A DNA stretch of 64,000 nt from Auanema rhodensis (Eukaryota; Animalia; Nematoda): NCBI GenBank assembly GCA_964057225.1, contig OZ059898.1, positions 13,578,001-13,642,000 of the forward strand, given 5' to 3'. The number at the start of each line of letters is the position of its first letter. Positions within the stretch are counted from its first letter, which is position 1. The notes beneath the pieces were generated by a model. That model searched no databases and was not told where the DNA came from. It saw only the letters and a program-made list of their open reading frames with translations. Below, in pieces: positions 53,967 to 64,000 of this stretch. The position numbers and the translations under genes are program-made.

Positions 53967-54513
53967 CTGCAACATAAGAACTAATTGGAAAAATTATGAG
54001 AAATAATTAAAAATTAAGAAAAACTAAAAGAAAAAAAAGAAAAAAAATTTTATTTATCAATTGAATTAAAATGTCTCATATTTTTATATTTTTACTTCTA
54101 ATTATTATTAAAAAAAGATTAAAAAACAAAAATTGAATAAGAATTTGAACAAAACGAAAAGAAAAAATTATAATTTTATTCACGAATATACTGGATATCT
54201 ATAAAACTTTTTCATAAATATATTTAAAAAACTTTAATTGATTCATAAAAACAAATAAAAACATATTTATAAACAGAATATTGTTGTTGTGCCTGTTAAC
54301 AATTCTCTATGTCTTTTTTTTTATTTTTTACAAAAAAAATGAATAAAAATAATGATAATTATATTAAAAAATATATGAATATATGTATATAACAACTATA
54401 ATAAAATATTTGGAAATTTATTATATTTCTATGACAAATTATAAAAACAAATATTAAAATGCTATATACTATGCATGTTCTAGATGATATGTATGTGTAT
54501 CTCATCTTGAATT

Positions 54514-54970
54514 TCATTTTGAATAATTGTCGAAATAAGTTTTTAATCCTTCAAAATATTCATCTTGATGTAATGAAGTTATAGTATCAATATTAGCTTT
54601 ACTAGTACGTTCTTTAGAATAATATTGAATTATAATAGGAAATATCAATGAATATATAGATGCTGCCTATAAATCAAAAAAAAAAAGTTTCTTGTTTTCA
54701 CATAAAAAAACAACCAAAAAAGAAACCGAATATATAGTTAAATTGACAAAAATATACAAAATAGAACATTACAAACCTCATTAATAAGTTCTAAATACAT
54801 AGGTAATACGGCTAAATTGTCATTCGGTAGGACCTATAATTATTCTTTTTGACGAAGACAAACTCTGATTCGTAGAAAAATAATGTTGAAGCAATACTTA
54901 TAATTAGATTATGATGTATGATGATTCTATGGTTCTAATAGTTCCATCTTACTTTCGTCCTTCCTCCTTC

Positions 54971-55016
<46 letters not shown>

Positions 55017-56327
55017 ATTTTCTCTTCCACCTGTCTCTTTATATTCTTTTTTTAAAATAGTTTTATGTATACCTTTAAATAAATACTATATCCAACAAAT
55101 GTTATATTCATCGTAATAAAATGTACTATGCAGATTGGAACCATTTTCTCAAGAACTGCTTCATTTTCTGTTATCTAAAGATGATTAAGTAAGCTAAACG
55201 TTTGAATTTTTAATTCAAAAATACTATACCTGATATTTGCGTCCAATGTTAGAATCACGAATTTTGAGCTTTTTTCGGTAACAATAATTCTTCAATAATG
55301 CAATGAAGAGTATAATTACAGTTATAGCTTCCATAATGAACATTGCTACTGATAACATCTGTTAATTAAATATTTTTATTATTCGAATAGTTTGTATGAA
55401 CACCTGTCCAATATCTACTGTATCGTCCACTGTTACAGAGTGAAAAAAAGTTGTACCTTCATATGAATCTAATGGTGCAATGAATACCATTAATGTTGCA
55501 CCAGTTGATGATATATTCTTCAAATATACTTTATAATAATAATAATAATAATATTAATTGAAAATATGTTCTTTATATGAAATCAACAACTTATTTCCCT
55601 CATCTCTTCTTTTTTTCTTTGTTCCTCTCTCGCTATCACCTCACCATCGTCTCCACTTGACACAGTCACGTAATTCTTATTTTTTGAGATTTGACGCTGA
55701 GATGCGGTTGTGCGATTTGTTGGCAAAATAAAAAATATATAACTTACAGCAATAATTGCAAGAGTTATACCAAGATATGGAGATGTGATTTTTTCATATT
55801 TTTCCAAGAAAAATGTTGATATACATCGTTCAATACATATAGAAAACATTGATAATACTTGTCCATGAATACCAATTACATATGGTAATTTCATAGCTAA
55901 AGTTGTTCGAAATGTAAATAATGCATCACATGGATCAATATATGTTTGAAAATATCTATATAATTATAATAATTAGTATCAACAATACATATTATTATTA
56001 ATTTAATTAAAAATACTTGTATGATTGCACTATCAGTGCTGGAAAGCTTGTCAATGGAACTTCTATAACCCATAGTAAATGTGCATACAACAAAATTTTA
56101 TAATTTGTATTACTAAGCCATATATCTTTATAATATTTCTGAAAACAAAATATATTTTATTATTTAAAATAAAAAATAATATTTTAAGTAAAACTTACTC
56201 GTTTTATAATTAAACGAATAACTAATATAATGGATAAACCAGCTAAAAATGATTTGAAACAGAAAATAAAATATAACATTGTACTTGATACTGATTCTAA
56301 AGCCCATTTACATGATTTATCTATCAT
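54514..56327 (-). CDS. Nematode chemoreceptor GPCR, Sra superfamily (srab-like), copy B
   Basis: MIDKSCKWALES, DPCDALF, ICIERCISTFFLEKYEK, IGRKYQITENE, QDEYFEGLKTYFDNYSK*. Confidence 0.85.
54976..55012. repeat. (CT)n microsatellite in an intron of chemoreceptor B
   Basis: CT run seen directly. Confidence 0.9.
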
Positions 56328-57372
56328 CTATAATAAAAGACATTGAAAAGAAATTTATTTTCACAAAGACATGGAGAATAATTCATAATAAATTTATTTA
56401 TTTAAAAAATTAGTTTTAATTCAATTTTCTATAATTTATAAGAAATCAAAAAGATATCTTCGATATTAAAACTAAACAATCACTACAATTTTATTAATTT
56501 ATTTGATTTATTCAAACTAAAAATTGCTAAAATTTTATAATTTGATTCAATAATTCAATAATTTTATAAAAAAAATTATTAAAATAAGTGTTTGAACGAT
56601 TATTTATAAAAGCTACATGTATCTCTAACTATAAGTAATAATTAGTAAAAATTGTGATGATTATAATGATTAAATAAAAAAAAAAATTGTCCATGAAGTA
56701 TATTGAAAACCTATAGTTTTAAAAATAATAAATCGAAGTATGCCAATAGCAAGATATATGATTTTTGAATTATTCTTAAAGTTTGTCTTATTTATTGTTT
56801 GATAAAGCATGTGCAAAAAATAAGGAAACATGAATTTTCAAATAGACTTATATAAATAAATGTTTTGAAAATAAAAACTTGATATAGAATAATATATAAA
56901 TTAATATTGTATATATATATATGTGGATAATATAAGTTAAAATAATTAACTGATGTGTTGTACATATGAACTTAAAACTTAATATACTATACTATATGTA
57001 GATAAATCTTATTTTCGTAGTATAGTTTATCTTAAATTATTTTCATTTAATTATGTATTTTTTTCATATTTTCTTTGTTTAATTATGAAAATTATAATGA
57101 TGACAAAGCTGAAAATATTCATTTGTGTCAGAATACATATAATCGAAATCTTTGATATGTTAAGGTGTCAATTCATCACGTACAATGATTTTAATATGAG
57201 AATTACGGTAGACACGGTTGCATTCAATCAGTTTAAAATAGAATTTCATGAACAGTTTGTATTTAAAAAGGGAAACAATGCTTTAAAAATCTTTGTAAGC
57301 GTAGGTATTAAGTTGAAACGAAGTTGGTATTGAGGGGTAGAGCTGAAATTAACTGATGGCGGAGAGAAGGAT

Positions 57373-57373
<1 letters not shown>

Positions 57374-57428
<55 letters not shown>
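57374..57428. repeat. (AG)n microsatellite
   Basis: ~24 units. Confidence 0.95.
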
Positions 57429-57429
<1 letters not shown>

Positions 57430-57657
57430 GGAGAAGGAAATAAAGAATTAAGATGTTTGATAGTTGAAAGTTGATGAATTTTAGAAGTATTCTCTGCCAT
57501 TTGTGTCAATAATTTCTGCTTCATTTCTCTGAAATTGAGATTGAAAATCAGAAAAAAAGTGGTTCGTATCAATCTAATTACATCGTTTTCTTTTTTATTT
57601 ATAACAAAAAAAAATAAAATTTATAATAACTAATATATAATATATAACATAAATAAA

Positions 57658-59067
57658 TTAAATATTATTTGATGAACTTTGACTTGGTACGACAACATTT
57701 TCCCGTATCTCTGTTAGTTTACGACTTCCTCCTTTAACTTGTGGTTTTTCAATATGTAAATCAAAATATGATTTAAGTCCTTTAAAGTATTCATCTTGTT
57801 CCAAATTATTATTCCTTACATCAATTCTTTTATATTTTTTAATTTGATATCTTATTATTAATGGACAAAGAAATGAATAAATTTGTACCTATAATTCATT
57901 ATAATAAATAATTAAAAAAAAGAACAAAATTCTTACCATACTTACAATCTCAAATGACATTGCAAATGATTTTGAATCAACATTTGGATCAAACTGTAAT
58001 AAATCAAAAGAATAAGTTGAAAGATACAAAAATTAAAATTAAAAATCAGCAAATAACTCTTTAAGTTTTGAAAACTTACATGAAGATATAGACTGAGAAC
58101 AATAATAATATTAAGAAGAATAACAAAATGTAGAAAACATATTGGTAAGAAGCGTACAATAGCCAACTTGTTTTCACCAACCTTATATGAAATGGATATT
58201 CTTTTATTAAAAAATATATATGTATATACCATACCTGATACTTGTTACCCAGATTAACAACACGGTTTTTGAACATTTTTTCATCATATAACGTTTTACA
58301 TAAAGTTAATATAAATATTATTATTGATGTAATTTGCACTATGAACATTGAATATATTAATATTTTGAACTAAAATTATAGTTTGATTATAAAAATCTTT
58401 TTAAATTTTGATTAATAACATACTGATGGACGTTCAGATGCATCAGGTACTAACACAGTTATCAGAGATAACTTGTCTTCAGGCTCTTCTGCTCGAAAAA
58501 TTACCAGTAATTGCAAAAAAGCAAGAGAAAAAAAAATCTGTAAATTCCAGCTTAACTCAAGACTTGATCTCTGTTGTAATAACTTTAAATAGAATTGATA
58601 AAATGTCTAAGATTGACATGCTGAAAATGCCGAATATATAATAGAAAACATACAGAAAATAGAACTGAGACATATCCCAAATATGGTTTCGATATAGTTT
58701 CATATTTTCGAGGAAAAGACGTCGATATGGCACGTTCCATACATATGCCAAACATCGAAATAACTTGACTATTCATAGCTAAACTATATGGCATACGTAA
58801 GTAAAAAGCTGTTTTAGATAACATTGCATAATTACATGGATTTTCATGATATTGCAAAGCTCTGAAAAGAGAAAGAAAGAGAGAACGATAGACGGAGAGA
58901 GCAGGGAAAAAGAAAATAATACCTATGAAGTTCATATGAGTATATAGGTATCTGTGTTAAAGACAAGAAGATGTTGCACACCAAATGAAAATGAAATACT
59001 ACACGGCAATTAGAGTTAGCTAACCATTGTGTTTTCTGAAAAAAATAGTTAAAATTCCTTCTATTTT

Positions 59068-59125
<58 letters not shown>

Positions 59126-59338
59126 ATCACATATTTAAGCTTTTTTTAGAAATATTTTTTGTTACAAAAGAAGGAAATTTGATCGAACTTGAAATATTAC
59201 TTCGTTGGAAAAATATCTGCCGATGGAGCAAAGAGCTAACATTGATACAAAGATTTTGATAAGAAAAACAAGCTTAAGTGCCAAACTTTGTGCCAATTCT
59301 TCAGACACAAGACAGACTGGGAGCGTATTCATGATCAT
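57658..59338 (-). CDS. Nematode chemoreceptor GPCR, Sra superfamily (srab-like), copy C
   Basis: MIMNTLPVCLVSEELAQS, ENPCNYAM, ICMERAISTSFPRKYET, LGNKYQVGENK, QDEYFKGLKSYFD, extended C-tail; stop TAA 57658-57660. Confidence 0.85.
59071..59118. repeat. (AT)n microsatellite in the first intron of chemoreceptor C
   Basis: ~24 TA units. Confidence 0.95.
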
Positions 59339-61353
59339 CTAAAAATTTAGATAAATGAATTATTAATGAAAATTAAAAAAAATTATTTAAATTTCTTAAT
59401 TATATAATTAATTTTATAATTTTTATTAGAGATAAAATGAAAAGCTAATTAAATATTTCACATACGACAACATGAAGATAACAGCTTAAGGTTCAAACTA
59501 GATTCTCTTTCATGCTTTTCACAAAATGTACAATCATTCTCATGCTATATGCATCAATGCTTGCTTCTCTTACGATTTATAAAAGAATTATAAATTTTTC
59601 TTGAACAAAATCAAAAAAATTTAAGAACATAAGATGTAGTTAATAAATAGATTCTTATACTATACATATAGACATATAAAGATGAATGGAAGTAAATTTT
59701 ATAACATTTTATGTGATTTATATAAGATGTTCATCAAACTTATTACTTTTTAAAATTATAGATCATGAAATAAGTTGGAATAGGCTGGTGAAGGCTCATT
59801 TAAATATATGTATTATATGTAAAAATTTACGTTGACACAGATAAGAAGCACATGCCCAATTAATTTATTATATTTTCTAAAAACATGTACTAACTAGCAT
59901 AAGTGTATTTCAATTTAGATAAAATTTTAAAGAAAATATTTTGGGACGAAGATAAAGAGATGAGACTGAGATTTTTGAATCCAACAATACATTAAAGCTT
60001 CAACAATATTGTGAACTTTAAAAGGAGCGAAGGAGACGTTTTCAAATGAAGTAAATAGGAAAAAAAATTATATTGAAGAAATAAACTTTTTCCAAAGTTT
60101 TTTCAAAATGAATTAAATTTTGTTATTTCTTTTAGTGAAAAAACAAGAGAAAACAGTATTTTCTTTGAATAATGTGGGAAAACCGTTGTTCATGAGTATA
60201 TACTTTATCGAATTGGAAACAGAAATATTCAATATTTGTTTTTTTAAGAACAAACTATTCTTTAAGAAAAAGGAAATTTTCAAGAAACTTCTATTTTAAT
60301 GACTTTTGGAGAAAATAAACATTTCTGAGTCATGACATGTCGTGTATTCTCATCTTTTCTGTCATCCATCTTCAAAGCTATCAACTGGAATGGTTAAGCA
60401 AATTAAATGTTATTCAGTTGTTCTATTTAGGATCAGGAGAAAAACTCATTTTGTCTCAAACAATTGGTTTTTTTTTGTTGAAATATTTGAAAAATCTCTT
60501 CTTATTTATTGTTTTTTTCATTTCATTCTTGATTCTCTTTTAATATTTGAGCATTTTTTATATTCTATTAAATAAATGGTTAAACCAAATAATAATAGAA
60601 TTGAATATGGAAAAAAAAAGAAGAAGAATACCTAAACCGGGGTCGAATAAGGAGACACTTGTTCTGTTAATCCTCTTCAATATTTGCCATACTCTTTACT
60701 ACAGGGTGCCAAGTGCCGGCATTCAATACTTGATAATTCATTTATAAAAAGAAAAGAAATAAGGAAATTTAATATTTGTATTAAAAAACATTTATAAGGA
60801 AAATCATTTATTTCATTTTATTTCTCTCTTAATAATTAATTTTATATTTATTTTGATCATGCCTCTTATATTCTTATAGGCCTTAAAGTACAATGTAGTT
60901 TTGACAACTTATTCAAAACAAAACTAATTACTGCTTATGTTCTATGAAATTTTAAATGAAAATTTAGTTTTATATCTTAATTAAGCAGAAAATAATTTAC
61001 TAACTAATATATGTTTAGTCTAGTCTATTTATACAAAAAATAAAAAGTTCAAATCAAGGCTCAGCCATCATGCCACATTAAAGCATTGCCGCTCTTCTCT
61101 CTCTCCTTTTCTCTCTCTCTCTCTCCATCCCTCTCTATCTTTCTCTCTCTATCATTACTGTCGTTCTCTCTTCAACTACATATATCATATTACTAAGATA
61201 TATAAGAGAGATCAGTCTATCGTACTTGAACAACTTCCTTATTTTATTCTATCGGCGAAAGCCAAAAAAAGGTAAATAACTATATTGTATAGTTAATTAC
61301 ACATAGTTCATGAACCGTTGTATCTAATAACGGTCTATGTACATGTATCATTT

Positions 61354-61384
<31 letters not shown>

Positions 61385-61960
61385 CACACTTTCTTTTTTT
61401 TCACCATTTTCAGATCACAGCATGATATCTCAATATGAAGTCTCCTTTAAGTCAATGGCTCCAATGAGATGTTATCCTAATCATCTGCCTATTGTTGCAT
61501 CTATCTATATCCATTCCATCTGTCGAGAAAAAAAGAAAAAAAAGATGAAACTTCAATGAAAGTCGGGTCGATGTAACGCCTTAATCCAGATGATTGCCGG
61601 ATAATTGTTTGTGTCGGCAAACTCTAAAACGTTGCAACAGTCTACAGCGAAGACATCAAGCCGATAGAACAATTAGGAATTGCATGTTGCTGCTACTGTT
61701 CTAATAGTATAATCGTTGCGAATACATTTCCGGTTAATAAGGAAATGAGATTGAACCATTTCCATGTATACATAGACATATACACAGTATAGACAGGCAG
61801 ATGAGAAATTAGCATATAACGTGAAAATTTACGTGAACACAGTCAACGAGACGAAGCTATTTTTTAAATTAAAAGACAGTTACACGGTTGTTCCCTCATT
61901 TAAGATCAGACAGGGGAAAGGCATGTATATAAGAATAATAAAAAGAAAGAGGGAAATGGT

Positions 61961-61966
<6 letters not shown>

Positions 61967-62004
<38 letters not shown>

Positions 62005-62043
62005 GAGAGGGGGATATGCTAAAAAGAGAGAGAGAAAGAGAGA
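61967..62043. repeat. (AG)n microsatellite, interrupted
   Basis: AG runs seen directly. Confidence 0.9.
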
Positions 62044-62649
62044 TGACGAATGTATGGGTATAACTATATATAGAGAGGGAGATTATTAGATTTTAATTTA
62101 ATCTAAGAATATGTAAAAATGATTCTTATTGATCATCATAATCATCATATTACCTTCATCCCCACTCTAGTCCAATGACAAATCTTATAATCAAAGAAAT
62201 TATATAAATGACTTTTTATACTTTTTCTTATCCATCTATCTATACATATACATGTATATGAATAATTATATTTACAATATAACTACGTTTTCTATTTTTA
62301 TTTTCACTTACCATCAATAATGATATAACATATGTATATTATAATATATATATTATATTATACATACATACATACATACATACATACATAGACTATACAT
62401 GTATGCCAAGTATATCAAGACATATAGTAGTTATACATAATGCCAATGGCATTTCATCTTCATTCATATAAAATCTATTATGATTTGATGAGTACAAAAG
62501 AATTTTTGACTGATCATGACATTTTATTTTTCTAGTTTATTCAAAAAGAATTTTTTCTCCAGTAATCCCATATACATGCTATTGGAAATGTATAAATCTG
62601 ATGTCGGAATGCTTTTACCGTTTAGAGAAAAGAAAGTTGGTACTGAAAC

Positions 62650-62654
<5 letters not shown>

Positions 62655-62715
<61 letters not shown>

Positions 62716-62729
62716 ACACACACACACAC
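62655..62729. repeat. Compound (CT)n(CA)n microsatellite
   Basis: CT run followed by a CA run. Confidence 0.95.
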
Positions 62730-63614
62730 TCATACAGAAATATACATACATTTAACTTATTGGTCTTTCGAATGCACTTATAAATCTATTCAACAGGCTT
62801 CTATTCTCATTTAAGATTTCTGGATGTGCACACTGATCTGAACAGCTTAAGTTTGACAATCCTACTAACTGGCCGAACTGATTGAGACTGTGGAATACTA
62901 AAAGCATGACCGACCCATAGATGGAACACCTGTGTCACATCTAAGTATCTCAGTATAAGGTGCTAGAATCCACCTGGATCTCAGCAAATCTCTTGTTTGC
63001 TTTGTCACCAGTTCGGCTTGAACCAGTCTCTATTAGCGATAAGTGTCCTCAATGACGTAAGCCATACCGTCAAACAACGTGAGATGCCGACGTGGATCTT
63101 CAGAGTAGAGGAGCTTAGGTGAGAAGAAGGTCTTGAGCATACACCTAAGTGTAAGATGAAAGAGCAAGACCGATACATTCCATTACTACTTGTTCATTTT
63201 GTCTAAAAAGTTTGCAAATACTTCCTGATATAGGAAATATAAATATCTTTTCTGTACTAAAAATTATAAAAATTATATAGAATATGTTGAATTCATATTG
63301 AATATCTTCATTAGTTATGAGATAGTTAGCTATCCCTGAAGTTTTACTGAATCTGAGAATTCGATGCAACGGTACGGACTGAAGTGAAATCCTTGTCCGA
63401 AGAAAATTATAATTACGTTGAATGAAATCCTGCATAGTTATGCTAACACTCTATGGTTTCAAGGAACATTTGCGATTTGGACATTTCACACTTTATTGTG
63501 AAAATTTGAACAAAAATTAGTAAAATAATATATTAGAAGAAGAAGAAGAAGAGGTAAAAGAATATACAATATAAAAAGAAGAAATACAAGAACAATCAGT
63601 TTGAATTATTCATG

Positions 63615-63618
<4 letters not shown>

Positions 63619-63651
<33 letters not shown>
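63619..63651. repeat. (AG)n microsatellite
   Basis: ~16 units. Confidence 0.9.
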
Positions 63652-63656
<5 letters not shown>

Positions 63657-64000
63657 GAGTGAAACGAGAAAAAAAGAAGTTTTCCTATACATTGCGTACA
63701 TACATACATCGTAGAATCTTTGAATGATTAGAATTATCATGCGAATCATCATGCTTGCTGACTGTTTCTTCTGAACTCACATAATGAACATGAAAGTTGG
63801 ATAAATAGAGAAAAGAGAAAAAGAAGGTGAAAGATATGAAAACAAGAAGAAGCTTTAGGAGAGGAACAAGAAATAATACAGACAGCATTTGATGAGAAAA
63901 ATAGTTACAGACAATCAATGTCATTTAATGTATTCATAAAAGTTTAAATAAATAAATTAAATATTTAAAGAATTAATTTTACTTCTGTTGCAAAGTAATT

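Overview
Eukaryotic, AT-rich, intron-rich nematode genomic DNA (probably a rhabditid; the species cannot be determined). Bases 1-28 kb are a compact housekeeping block with mostly ~45-55 nt introns: mcm-3 head-to-head with a probable operon (rps-8, NOSIP, SNRNP40, lipoyltransferase), a small secreted Cys-rich gene, an innexin, adenylate kinase 1, a His-rich Ctr copper transporter, apyrase head-to-head with Raptor/daf-15, and an ERAL1-type GTPase. From ~28 kb the window is gene-sparse, and from ~34 kb very AT- and microsatellite-rich. It holds a Cys-loop anion channel, three tandem Sra-superfamily chemoreceptors and the most notable locus, a minus-strand gene at 40577-43585. By manual splicing this gene encodes a peptide-receptor-like 7TM GPCR fused to a C-terminal globin-fold domain (GLB-33-type architecture) in which the proximal heme ligand position (His F8) reads as Asn. 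All gene models were spliced by hand, and homologies were recognised from memory of motifs without any database search.
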